From the IMG/VR virus record IMGVR_UViG_3300034102_002082, positions 32,001-96,000 of that record: 64,000 nt of DNA; one strand, given 5' to 3'. The DNA is from a virus. Position numbers and translations under genes: made by a program. How positions within the stretch are numbered: position 1 is the stretch's first letter; each line of letters starts with the position of its first letter. Below are positions 8,849-18,436 of the stretch, one piece after another. The notes under the pieces were generated by a model. That model did no database searches, was not told the DNA's origin, and worked only from the letters and a program-made list of their open reading frames with translations.

Positions 8849-9928
8849 TTAATAACTCATATGTGTATGTCCACCATCTTGTTTAATCACCGTTAAACCA
8901 TTCTTTTTAAAGGTATTTATCAGCAATGGATTGACGACATCAATCTTTAATTTAATCTTTGAATTGTAGCCATTCTTTAGTGATTTATAATCATCTAACC
9001 CAAGCTTTACTAACTTATCACCTAGTCCTTTATTTCTGTGTTCTGGTTTGACGATTAGATCAAATGAGAATTCTTCTCCCTTACTTGAGTTCTGTAATTC
9101 TGTATATAAAGCTCCGAGAACTTCACCATCTTCAACTAATACAACATTTAATTCTTTCCCTCTAAGAATTGATATTCCAGAAGACTTTTCTAGCTCGTTT
9201 ATTTGCTCCCAAAAATCCGGTATATCTTCCCCGTCATCTGACTGTAATTGCCCATCTTGAATATACTTTGTTTCTATTTCTTCAGTCAATGCCAATTCCG
9301 GTGAATGAACCGGTGAATTTGCATACGGAGGAGTCTCGACTGGTTCTTCTTTCTGTTCTTTGCTTCCACCCTTATCTATCAATTTCTTAACGTCTTTAGC
9401 TAACTCGTAGAAACTACCGTTTGGTAATATATATTGGTCAAATGTGCTATTCTTTCCACCTAATTGACCAATCTGTTCCTCATCAGTTTCATATAAACCA
9501 GATGGTCCTTTTTTTACGTCCGATTGATATACTTGTATTATCCCCGTTAATGGTTTTGATGTATCGACTGGTAACTTTTTTATAGCATCGGTATGACTCT
9601 TTAGGTTCTTGCCGTGTGCATAATCATTAAAGTCACTAGATACTGGCTTATCATTCCAGTTTATTATGTTGAACTTTATTTTATAATATGATGCTTTGTA
9701 ATAAAAAGTGAAGAATCCAAGAATTGATGTGATCGATTTTTTCGGAACTCTATGGTCGGTAGCTATTCCAATTGATGTGTATGATATATCTGGTTCAAAT
9801 ACGTTCCCGATCTGATCATCATCTAGATCTAAAGCAAGCTTGAAAGCGGAATATATCGAAGACTGTAAAGAGTTGGGTGGAATAACCACTTCATTCAGAA
9901 TATGTGAGTAAAAATCCTTATAATTCAT
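8849..9928 (-). CDS. YKDFY-leader protein: unknown domain plus C-terminal GNAT acetyltransferase
   Basis: MNYKDFYSHILNE leader; GNAT motif A in FDLIVKPEHRNKGLGDKL; NPLLINTFKKNG. Confidence 0.75.
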   Translation of the reverse strand: MNYKDFYSHILNEVVIPPNSLQSSIYSAFKLALDLDDDQIGNVFEPDISYTSIGIATDHRVPKKSITSILGFFTFYYKASYYKIKFNIINWNDKPVSSDFNDYAHGKNLKSHTDAIKKLPVDTSKPLTGIIQVYQSDVKKGPSGLYETDEEQIGQLGGKNSTFDQYILPNGSFYELAKDVKKLIDKGGSKEQKEEPVETPPYANSPVHSPELALTEEIETKYIQDGQLQSDDGEDIPDFWEQINELEKSSGISILRGKELNVVLVEDGEVLGALYTELQNSSKGEEFSFDLIVKPEHRNKGLGDKLVKLGLDDYKSLKNGYNSKIKLKIDVVNPLLINTFKKNGLTVIKQDGGHTHMSY

Positions 9929-9940
9929 ATGCTATAAATA

Positions 9941-10849
9941 TTAATTTAAAATCCTAACGTTCTTTATTTCTGTCACATCTATTGTTTTCCAGTCCACGTT
10001 AGATTCTTGTGAAACATCATTTACATTAATAACACCAGTAAACAATGATCTAGTTCCCTTCAAGTCTGCATATCCCTCTGCGTATTCTTTTGATGGTGAT
10101 ACATATAAATCCTTCGGTAGCTTGCCAGAATCTTTTATTCGTAATACCATAGAGCTATCGTGAGATGCATATATTCTAACTTGTTTACCGGAAGGATTAA
10201 GTAATTTGTTTACCATCTTAATCGTTTCTTCCGATGCTTCATCATTACCCTCAAACATTTCTAGCTTACCATTATAATCTACAGTTAATGATATCTGCAT
10301 ATCATCGTCAGCTGAAGCTGATACTTCTATTACTACAGGGAAAAATTGTTGGATATTATGGTTATGTTCCCCATCAAACAATAAACTATATTTTAATTGT
10401 TCTATATCAACATACGGAATATGGCTCGTTAATTCTTTAACTTTCTTTATTACGTCATTTCTTAGGTTAATAAAATCGACAGCAAATTCGGAAGTTTTAC
10501 TTTTTAGAACTCTATTCAGAGTATATTCATTTTTATGTTGTGGTTTTTTTAGGATATTAGCAATAAAATCGAAGTTTATTAATTCTGGGTTTCTTATTGG
10601 TTCGGTAGCTTTTGGTTCCAATTCATCCATAACGTATTCTAGTTCATCGTGTAATTTATCATATTGTCTCTTTAATGATATATATTCTTCCGAATCCGCA
10701 TATCTACTATGCATATCACCCATACCATTTTTCCTAATGGTTTGGAGTTTATTGAATACGATATCTATTTCTTTACTCAACTCGGATCTTCTTGCTATCA
10801 GATCCGAATTTTCTTTTAGTATGTGTATGTAAAAATCTTTGTATTTCAT
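9941..10849 (-). CDS. YKDFY-leader protein with a possible ADP-ribosyltransferase-fold C-terminal domain
   Basis: MKYKDFYIHILKE; RIYASH...LYVSPSKEYAEGY resembles ART strands 1 and 2. Confidence 0.55.
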   Translation of the reverse strand: MKYKDFYIHILKENSDLIARRSELSKEIDIVFNKLQTIRKNGMGDMHSRYADSEEYISLKRQYDKLHDELEYVMDELEPKATEPIRNPELINFDFIANILKKPQHKNEYTLNRVLKSKTSEFAVDFINLRNDVIKKVKELTSHIPYVDIEQLKYSLLFDGEHNHNIQQFFPVVIEVSASADDDMQISLTVDYNGKLEMFEGNDEASEETIKMVNKLLNPSGKQVRIYASHDSSMVLRIKDSGKLPKDLYVSPSKEYAEGYADLKGTRSLFTGVINVNDVSQESNVDWKTIDVTEIKNVRILN

Positions 10850-10850
10850 G

Positions 10851-11660
10851 TCAAAATGGTAGGTCTTTATTGTCTGGTTGTTGTATATGTTGTCTTGTTG
10901 TGATTTTTGGTTTTTCGTTTTTCACATTAAATCCACCACCTTTATACATCTCCGGTTCTTCATCATCGTAACCAATTTCAGCTTTGAGTAATCTATCATG
11001 TTTTTGATATGGATTTTCTCCTTCCCAGAATGGATCTATCAATACAAATTCTCCATTATCCCTTTTCATTATATTTCCCTGTGTAAAATCCGGTGTTCCG
11101 AACTCTTTATCCGCCGTAATTAAGAACCAATAATCTTTTTTGAATTCTATTATAGATGGACGACTTTTTTCAATTTCTTTTATCTTGCTATATGTTTGTT
11201 TCCAAATATTATTCCTGTCTTTCATTTTTTCCAGATACTCATTATCTCCACCGTAAACTTTATAAAAGTCTATATCTAAGAATTCTTCCTTTGTTATTGG
11301 ATTTAATTTCTCAGTTTTTATTATATATAAATGAGAATGAGATGTTGGTCGGGTAAAGTTTGGGACTATTCTTCTCGGTTTATCGAAGAATTTAGGAAAA
11401 GATTTCCTTGGATTTTTTAACGCAAATCTAACAAATTTTAAATATGGAACGTCGCTATGGAATATTTTTAAAACATATTTCCAAGACGGATGTGATAGTA
11501 CGGTTGCGTATGTTCCTTGCCCCAATATTTTACCACCATGTTTCTCAAAATCTGATAGAAGTTCACGTAATTGTAAATCATTGTTCGTCGGGTCAGATAA
11601 AAGTTCCCCAATGCTATCATACTTCTCAAACAGATATGAGTAAAAATCTTTGTATTTCAT
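10851..11660 (-). CDS. YKDFY-leader protein kinase-like enzyme
   Basis: Gly loop LGQGTYATV, VLKI lysine, catalytic loop DFTQGN, metal-binding LIDP. Confidence 0.8.
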   Translation of the reverse strand: MKYKDFYSYLFEKYDSIGELLSDPTNNDLQLRELLSDFEKHGGKILGQGTYATVLSHPSWKYVLKIFHSDVPYLKFVRFALKNPRKSFPKFFDKPRRIVPNFTRPTSHSHLYIIKTEKLNPITKEEFLDIDFYKVYGGDNEYLEKMKDRNNIWKQTYSKIKEIEKSRPSIIEFKKDYWFLITADKEFGTPDFTQGNIMKRDNGEFVLIDPFWEGENPYQKHDRLLKAEIGYDDEEPEMYKGGGFNVKNEKPKITTRQHIQQPDNKDLPF

Positions 11661-11661
11661 G

Positions 11662-13803
11662 TTATGTGTTTCTCCAATTTTTTATTTTTGCTGCTTCTGG
11701 TGTTGGATACTTTGGTTTTACATTTAATAAAATCACTTCTCCCTCATCACTCCCTATCATATCCGGTATATCGAGTGCCACATCAAACCCAAACTTATGA
11801 TTAAATTCTTGTGTCGATAGATATTTTTCTACCTTCTCTATGTCTATACTACCATCGAAAGATTTTAATGCTAACGTTGTGTAACCAACCAAACCGAAGA
11901 GTCTCATAGTAGGAGACTTAGAGAATGATAATGCGGATAAAAAATATTTGAGATATTCTTCATCGGAGTTGTCTATGTTATCTGGGTATACCTCATCTCC
12001 TCTATATAATAATCGATTAGATGTATATTTAAACATTTCCTTATATCTGTCATCTAGTTTACTCCACGCATTTAATAATCCGATTCTATCCTGTGTATGG
12101 TTTCCTTGGTGTATGTTAACCATAACTAGAAAATCATATAAAATATAGTCAGCTTCCGTTGGTAATAAATAATTCTCTTGTTGGATTTTTATGTATTCCT
12201 GTTCTTTCCCCCTTTTATTTTTTATAAGATATAATTCTTTTATAGTAATATCGTATCGTTTTCTGTCCTTATAATACTTGTTAATGTACATGGAGAATAT
12301 CGCATTTGTCGGTGACTCTCCATGAGATATTAAACGACCACCATTTTCAAGTACAATTAAATAATTACCGGATTGTTTAGTAAATAACTTATTTATTCCT
12401 TCACACATAAGAAGTTCTCGATAAAAATCTTTATATTGTATCTCATTTATTCTTATCGCATTGAAGAGATCGATTACTTCTTGATATCCCAGTTTCTGAT
12501 AAAATTTTACTATGTCCTCCGTAGAATTTATTTTCGGTGGTAAGTCGAATGTTTTTGTTTCGTCTTGATCGAACCCAACACTTAAATCCGCACCAAATAC
12601 ATAAGCTTCAAAATCCGTTTCAAAATGTACCATACTATAAAATTCTTTAATTTGTTCCTTCGTTAATATATTTGTTAGTGTGTCGATCATACTCTCATAG
12701 AAATCACTGAAATAATTTATATATTTTATCGACCTGTTAAACTTTTCAAAATCTTTTTGCTCTAAAGAATTACGTAGAAATTCCGTAAACTCTTTATCCG
12801 TATCAAATTGACTATTAATGTGGTATATGCGAGAAAACGGAAGTTCAAACTTCATACGATTGCCTTGGGACATACACAAATTATAACATATGTTTTTTAA
12901 TTTGTCAAATCCGATAGCTCCCATTATTATACCCGATATGTCAAGATTTTTACTAACATCAAATTTAGAATTCACTATATTAAAAATGCCACTGAGAAAT
13001 TTCCTTAATTCTTTTCTAAATTCTCCTTCACCAAAATAGATATTTGCTCCTGATATGAATTTTTTCTGTTTATGTCCACCTTTTCTTTTTATTCTATTAT
13101 TCTTTTCTGAATCAAAATAGTTAATTATACCAGAAGAAATTTTTTCCGGTAGAGTTGATAAAAATTCAGTAGCACCGGATTGACCCAATTCAGTATCATT
13201 GGCATCATATGCTTCTATATCGTTTGTCTTACCGACCAAAGCGATTTTCCATAGAGGATTTATCTTGTCCAGATTTCTGTTTTTCACTATTACTATCGTA
13301 TTCGCCTTTTCATCATAATATGAATCCCAGTAAGTTTCATTCGATGTTGATATACACCACTTAGTTGAACCACCATAATGTTTGGCAGCTTCATGGGATT
13401 CTGGTGCAATTACCAGCCAATCATCGGTATCTGCAATTACGTCGATATCACCCGATAGTTGTTCTTTTTTCGAAACGGTTCTATTTTTTAGTATATCTGA
13501 TAAATCATCTATAGTTTTTACTTTGAATATATCGATTCCCTTAACCCTACTATCGAACTCCCTAATATTGTCCATTAGTTCATTTTTCTTACTTCCTCGC
13601 CAGAAATTTTTATGGAAATAATCAAACCCCTTATCGTCGTAAATATCGTTTAGACGTTGGCTAATCCATTTCAGATATTTCTTAGATGTAGATGGATCTT
13701 CGTCTATTATATAATTTATATCGTCCGGAGTTAGTAATTTATCTACTCTATTACGGAAATCATCTTCTCTACCCTCGATCAATAATATTTCTAATAATTT
13801 CAT
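11662..13803 (-). CDS. Fusion: unknown WC-motif domain plus an internal YKDFY leader plus R-S-E ADP-ribosyltransferase
   Basis: HEAAKHYGGSTKWCIS; internal INEIQYKDFYRELLMCE; LLYRGD, LSFSKS, EGEVIL. Confidence 0.7.
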   Translation of the reverse strand: MKLLEILLIEGREDDFRNRVDKLLTPDDINYIIDEDPSTSKKYLKWISQRLNDIYDDKGFDYFHKNFWRGSKKNELMDNIREFDSRVKGIDIFKVKTIDDLSDILKNRTVSKKEQLSGDIDVIADTDDWLVIAPESHEAAKHYGGSTKWCISTSNETYWDSYYDEKANTIVIVKNRNLDKINPLWKIALVGKTNDIEAYDANDTELGQSGATEFLSTLPEKISSGIINYFDSEKNNRIKRKGGHKQKKFISGANIYFGEGEFRKELRKFLSGIFNIVNSKFDVSKNLDISGIIMGAIGFDKLKNICYNLCMSQGNRMKFELPFSRIYHINSQFDTDKEFTEFLRNSLEQKDFEKFNRSIKYINYFSDFYESMIDTLTNILTKEQIKEFYSMVHFETDFEAYVFGADLSVGFDQDETKTFDLPPKINSTEDIVKFYQKLGYQEVIDLFNAIRINEIQYKDFYRELLMCEGINKLFTKQSGNYLIVLENGGRLISHGESPTNAIFSMYINKYYKDRKRYDITIKELYLIKNKRGKEQEYIKIQQENYLLPTEADYILYDFLVMVNIHQGNHTQDRIGLLNAWSKLDDRYKEMFKYTSNRLLYRGDEVYPDNIDNSDEEYLKYFLSALSFSKSPTMRLFGLVGYTTLALKSFDGSIDIEKVEKYLSTQEFNHKFGFDVALDIPDMIGSDEGEVILLNVKPKYPTPEAAKIKNWRNT

Positions 13804-14519
13804 TTTTGTAATAGTGTTAAATACTTAGGATCTATTTTCCCATTGATTATAACTGTTTCTTCCCACTGCCCATCACTACTATCGGGACTATATCTATTAT
13901 CCCCTATTATATGTGCTATTTGTCCTCTAACGGCACCATCTAATACATCTGGTTCCATTGATACGTATGGTGTCACTCCATCTCGCTTCATTGCTGATGT
14001 ATCGATCTTGAATATGTTATCACCATATTCACCAAGAAGTATTAGATCAATGTTACTTACGGTAAATACCCCACTGGTTCCTCTATTACTTATACCGGTT
14101 CCGGTAGTTGTGTTTAATCCATTTTCTTTTATACCATCTACGTTCTCGTCCCTCGTTCCGTGGTATAATGGTGATGGTGAACCCCAAAAATCTTTATTGA
14201 AAGTTTCCTCGACATTAGATTCTATCTCAGAAAAATCAGAATCATATAGGAACCTGTCCTTCTTATGGAAAGTCAATGGATAATTTTGTGCAGTTGGGTC
14301 AAATTCTATAACAGCTTGGTCAGTTAGTATGTACGAATTTCCCGAAAATGGTATGTTAATATCGTTATACTTTACCTTCATGTTGTCTAGAACTATTTTG
14401 ATATCTTCTAACGGTTCCGTTTCTGGATTTTCTTGTAGATAATCATCATATTCATATTCTATATCACTTGCGGAATGACCTTCGATTATCAGGTGTTGAT
14501 AAAAATCCTTATATTTCAT
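13800..14519 (-). CDS. YKDFY-leader protein with Tpt1/KptA-like (HGT) ART-fold domain
   Basis: MKYKDFYQHLIIE; LYHGTRDENVDGIKENGL, GVFT, IFKIDT, IDPKYL. Confidence 0.7.
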   Translation of the reverse strand: MKYKDFYQHLIIEGHSASDIEYEYDDYLQENPETEPLEDIKIVLDNMKVKYNDINIPFSGNSYILTDQAVIEFDPTAQNYPLTFHKKDRFLYDSDFSEIESNVEETFNKDFWGSPSPLYHGTRDENVDGIKENGLNTTTGTGISNRGTSGVFTVSNIDLILLGEYGDNIFKIDTSAMKRDGVTPYVSMEPDVLDGAVRGQIAHIIGDNRYSPDSSDGQWEETVIINGKIDPKYLTLLQK

Positions 14520-14521
14520 GA

Positions 14522-15136
14522 TCAATAAGTAAAATCGTTTATGATCCTATAATTTATATTAAAAGCATCAAATAGAAGTCTAAATTCCGCCAAACATTGT
14601 TCCTTTGCTCCACCCACTAAATAGCAACCAGATAATTTTTTTAAATCCGAAATCACAACATCTGGTATATTCACGGAGTCATTTTCGATAATATCTGGCA
14701 AATCAGTAAATTCGTTCCAATCATCTGCAAATAATTTTTCCCACTCATCGGTAGTTACGTCACGACTGTCGTATTTTTTATTCATAACCATAAATCGAAT
14801 AGCCTTAATAATATAAGCTCTATCCATCCCATTGTCCATCCACACACGAAAAAATCCGTATCCTTTATCAATAAATTTCATATTGGGTATCACATCATCA
14901 TTCAACCCATGTTCTAGATAGTAGTCTATTATTGAATTTTTATCATCTTCACTTCCGATACTATCACCATTGAAATAAACTACAATCGGACCTTTTCTAT
15001 TGTTTAAAAAATTACAAATACCATCAACAATCCCACCACAATATTTATTGTATTCGGGTTGAACATCTACGACTACAGTTGGTGATGATAATGTTCCTTC
15101 ATTAATTAAATGTAAATAAAAATCTTTGTATTTCAT
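14522..15136 (-). CDS. YKDFY-leader cysteine hydrolase (isochorismatase/nicotinamidase superfamily)
   Basis: Start at MKYKDFYLHLINE; D-K-C triad in VVVDVQ, FIDKGY and VGGAKEQCL. Confidence 0.7.
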   Translation of the reverse strand: MKYKDFYLHLINEGTLSSPTVVVDVQPEYNKYCGGIVDGICNFLNNRKGPIVVYFNGDSIGSEDDKNSIIDYYLEHGLNDDVIPNMKFIDKGYGFFRVWMDNGMDRAYIIKAIRFMVMNKKYDSRDVTTDEWEKLFADDWNEFTDLPDIIENDSVNIPDVVISDLKKLSGCYLVGGAKEQCLAEFRLLFDAFNINYRIINDFTY

Positions 15137-15213
15137 ATATGTTAAAATAATAAATATCAATAAAACTTTTTATATTCGTTATTTGTCATATATATTCATA
15201 TTTATACATATAT

Positions 15214-15534
15214 ATGGAAAAACTAAAATATTACGTAGCCGATTCAACTTTGCGGAAAAATAACCAAACTCCGGTCTACATTTACAATAACATACCCGAA
15301 TTGATACATCATTTAGAAGGGACATGTCTCAGAAATTTTAAACAATCCAGAGCAAAGTTGATGGAATCTGCCGCAGATACCGGTCTTATTGAAGATGACC
15401 GTGGGGGTAGAGCATTCTATGAATTGATGACCGAATATTTTAATATCGGTTATGTTAAGAATAATACACCAGTAAAGAAGAATATCTTCGAAGCTGAGTA
15501 CTTATCAACTAGACGAGATGAATTAGGAGATTAA
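15214..15534 (+). CDS. Hypothetical protein
   Basis: 106-aa ORF preceded by ATATTTAT. Confidence 0.7.
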   Translation: MEKLKYYVADSTLRKNNQTPVYIYNNIPELIHHLEGTCLRNFKQSRAKLMESAADTGLIEDDRGGRAFYELMTEYFNIGYVKNNTPVKKNIFEAEYLSTRRDELGD

Positions 15535-15539
15535 TACCT

Positions 15540-17165
15540 TTGGATATTATTTGGAATAAACCTGTTCAGGTATATACCAAGAGTGGAATGATGTTTGTTC
15601 GTTCTTGGTATATACCAGAAGAATTAAAGTCTGGATTTTTTAGATTTTGGGGTAAAAACCAAGATCTGAGAAAGCAAGGATTTAGTATAAAAGAGGAAGA
15701 TGGTAGTTGGGTATTATCCGAGTGGAGAAGAATGATAAGAGATTTCTCAAACATAGGAAGATACCCAGAAAAGAAAAAGATAATGATTCCAACTGAATCA
15801 TCGTTGGAAATAATACCGATTAAGAATCACTCTGGTTTGCGCGAGTGGCAACCCAATGTAGTTGCAAAATTGTGCGCATCTATACGGAAATATGGAGCAG
15901 CAATCGACGGGTCTGACTTGGGTACGGGGAAAAGTTATTGTGCTGTCGCTGTTGCTCGTGAGATGGGATATAATGTTGGTGTAGTGTGTCCAAAAGCAGT
16001 AGTAACGGAATGGAACAGAGTAATATCTAATCACTTTGGTATGACTCCTTTATTTGTAATAAATTATGAGGGATTGCGCACGGGAAAGCATAAGGATATT
16101 GCTGTATGGGAACGGTTATCGAAGAAAACGACACGAACAAAATTTAAATGGAAAATAAAGAATCCAGAAAAGACATTAATTATTTTCGACGAGAGTCATA
16201 AATTAAAAACATGGAGTACACAGAACGCAGAAATGGGTTACACAGCAAAAGATCAAGGATATAAAATTTTATGTCTATCTGCTACTAATAGCATATCGCC
16301 GATAGAGATGAGAACCGTTGGTAAAATAATTGGACTACATAATGGATCAAGTAAGGAATATACGAACTTCTTGACTGAGAGCGATTGTGAGAAGGGAAGA
16401 TTTGGGTGGCAATTTGGTGGAGATGAGGACGTATTAAAAAAGTTAAACTTTGATATATTCAAAGAAAGAGGAACTAGAATAAAACGAGAAGAAATCCCAT
16501 CTTTCCCGTCGTGTGATTTATCGGCAGAAGCCTTTGACATAGACGATAAATCTAAGAATGAGATGAATAAGATATTCAGTGAAATGAATTCAGAACTTAA
16601 ATCACTGGAAAGAACAATTAAATCAAACAAAGAGAAAAATCAGTTAGCGATGGTAATTCAATTGAGGGCTAGGCAAAAATGTGAATTTTTGAAAGTTCCT
16701 TTACTTGTTGATATGGCAAAGGATGCTATGGATAATGGGATGAGCGTAGCCATATTTATAAACTTCTCAGATACAATTAGATCGCTGGCAGAAAAGCTAG
16801 ATACTATCTGTATTGTGTGGGGGGAAGATGTAAAAAATAGACAACAACATATAGATGACTTCCAATCCAATAAGTCAAAAATAATATTAGTTAACATAAA
16901 AGCTGGTGGTGCTGGATTATCACTGCATAATTTAAATGGGAATCATCCACGACTTGCTTTGATTTCTCCAACAAACTCAGCGGTAGATTTAAAACAATGT
17001 ACGGGTAGAGTTTGGCGAACTGGAGCATTGACAAAGGCAGTACAAAAGATTATATTCATTTCTGGAACTGAGGAAGAAGTTATTTGCAATAAAATGAAAA
17101 CAAAATTACATAATTTAGATCTTATAAATGACGGAGACCTATCAGTTTCTCCGATTTTTAAGTGA
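15540..17165 (+). CDS. SF2 (SNF2-like) helicase
   Basis: GSDLGTGKS, DESH, LSAT, GGAGLSL and QCTGRVWRTG motifs. Confidence 0.9.
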   Translation: MDIIWNKPVQVYTKSGMMFVRSWYIPEELKSGFFRFWGKNQDLRKQGFSIKEEDGSWVLSEWRRMIRDFSNIGRYPEKKKIMIPTESSLEIIPIKNHSGLREWQPNVVAKLCASIRKYGAAIDGSDLGTGKSYCAVAVAREMGYNVGVVCPKAVVTEWNRVISNHFGMTPLFVINYEGLRTGKHKDIAVWERLSKKTTRTKFKWKIKNPEKTLIIFDESHKLKTWSTQNAEMGYTAKDQGYKILCLSATNSISPIEMRTVGKIIGLHNGSSKEYTNFLTESDCEKGRFGWQFGGDEDVLKKLNFDIFKERGTRIKREEIPSFPSCDLSAEAFDIDDKSKNEMNKIFSEMNSELKSLERTIKSNKEKNQLAMVIQLRARQKCEFLKVPLLVDMAKDAMDNGMSVAIFINFSDTIRSLAEKLDTICIVWGEDVKNRQQHIDDFQSNKSKIILVNIKAGGAGLSLHNLNGNHPRLALISPTNSAVDLKQCTGRVWRTGALTKAVQKIIFISGTEEEVICNKMKTKLHNLDLINDGDLSVSPIFK

Positions 17166-17184
17166 GTCAACCATATTTATAATC

Positions 17185-17526
17185 ATGGAATCAATAAAAT
17201 TAAACAAAAAAGAACTCTTTCACGTAGAAGGAACGAATTGGAAAGTTGGTATTGAATTGACTACCGCAGATTTTGATAGCTTAGATGTGATGTTTATAGA
17301 AGCAGCGACAAGAGGAGTAGAATTTTGCTATCACGCAAAACCAAAGGAATTTAAACTAGGCGCATACATTCAGATATCATTAAAAAAGAAAACACCATAT
17401 ACGCGATGGGTTAACTCATACACCACGTTAGTAAACGCTTCTATGTTTAATATGTCAAACAAATTAAAGGAAAACTTTTTGAAATCACAAAAAGTCGATA
17501 TATCACTAGAAAAAGTAATAGTATAA
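17185..17526 (+). CDS. Hypothetical protein
   Basis: Start moved to ATG 17185 (MESIKL), just after ATATTTAT. Confidence 0.7.
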   Translation: MESIKLNKKELFHVEGTNWKVGIELTTADFDSLDVMFIEAATRGVEFCYHAKPKEFKLGAYIQISLKKKTPYTRWVNSYTTLVNASMFNMSNKLKENFLKSQKVDISLEKVIV

Positions 17527-17530
17527 ATTT

Positions 17531-18049
17531 ATGGGATTATCAGGAATAAAAAAGCCTATTAGTGAATTTGAGATAATATCAGTTCAGAAAATAGCGAAGT
17601 CAAAGAGTGAGTGTTCTCGTTTATTGGGAGTAAGTATATGCACGTATATAAAGTATGCTAGGTTATATGGGTTGGATATAAAGTTCACTAAACCAGATGG
17701 AACGAGGAAATATACTATCAAAAAAGGACCAAGAAATCCATTTAAAACTAGACAACCAATCGATGCTATATTACAGAACAAATATAAGGGACTGAATAAG
17801 AATACAGTTAAGAATAGATTATTCTCCGCTGGATTAAAGAAAGAAGAATGTGAACTATGTAAGTATTCCGATAAGAGAGAAATTGATGGAAAGTCTCCGT
17901 TGATGCTCAGACAAAAAGATCAAAATCCGGATAACTATAGTTTCGATAACTTAGAAATATTATGTTTCAATTGTTTTTTTACCTATTATGATGGTTGGTA
18001 TATTTCCGGAGAAAAATCACTCAGAAAATGTAAGAAGGTAAATGGATAA
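17531..18049 (+). CDS. HTH plus HNH-like zinc-finger protein (possibly inactive nuclease)
   Basis: N-terminal helix-turn-helix; CELC...DNLEILCFNC. Confidence 0.7.
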   Translation: MGLSGIKKPISEFEIISVQKIAKSKSECSRLLGVSICTYIKYARLYGLDIKFTKPDGTRKYTIKKGPRNPFKTRQPIDAILQNKYKGLNKNTVKNRLFSAGLKKEECELCKYSDKREIDGKSPLMLRQKDQNPDNYSFDNLEILCFNCFFTYYDGWYISGEKSLRKCKKVNG

Positions 18050-18419
18050 TAATAACGAAATGTTTCATAAATTACTATCAGAGGCTCAAACGAATCTGAT
18101 TAGCAATAATATATTATACTCTAACCTTATATCCGATAGGGAAAAAGTTATAAAATTTTACGTAAAGAGAATAAATAAAGTACAGAAAAGAATAAGATCT
18201 ATTGGTAATGCCGTAAAAAGAGAAGAATCGAGAATACGGGAATGCAAAAAAATGCTCGGTATGTCGATTGATACAATACAAAAGGGAAAGGTAATTGTAA
18301 AGGAATCGATAGAACCTATAGATAAATTTGCTATAAATCCAATTACTGGAGAAGTAATCGAATTATCGTACGATGAAATAAATCAACTGTTAGAAGACAG
18401 AAAGAAAAAAACCCCGTAA
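18042..18419 (+). CDS. Hypothetical coiled-coil protein
   Basis: 125-aa ORF ending in a terminator. Confidence 0.65.
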   Translation: MDNNNEMFHKLLSEAQTNLISNNILYSNLISDREKVIKFYVKRINKVQKRIRSIGNAVKREESRIRECKKMLGMSIDTIQKGKVIVKESIEPIDKFAINPITGEVIELSYDEINQLLEDRKKKTP

Positions 18420-18433
18420 GTTACGGGGTTTTT
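18405..18433. terminator. Bidirectional intrinsic terminator
   Basis: AAAAACCCCGTAA-G-TTACGGGGTTTTT between convergent genes. Confidence 0.8.
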
Positions 18434-18436
18434 ATT

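Noticed and set aside
8849-15136. Integron, DGR or toxin-antitoxin array explanation for the cassette
   Set aside because: No integrase, reverse transcriptase, attC-like sites or paired small antitoxin genes; the shared element is coding and N-terminal
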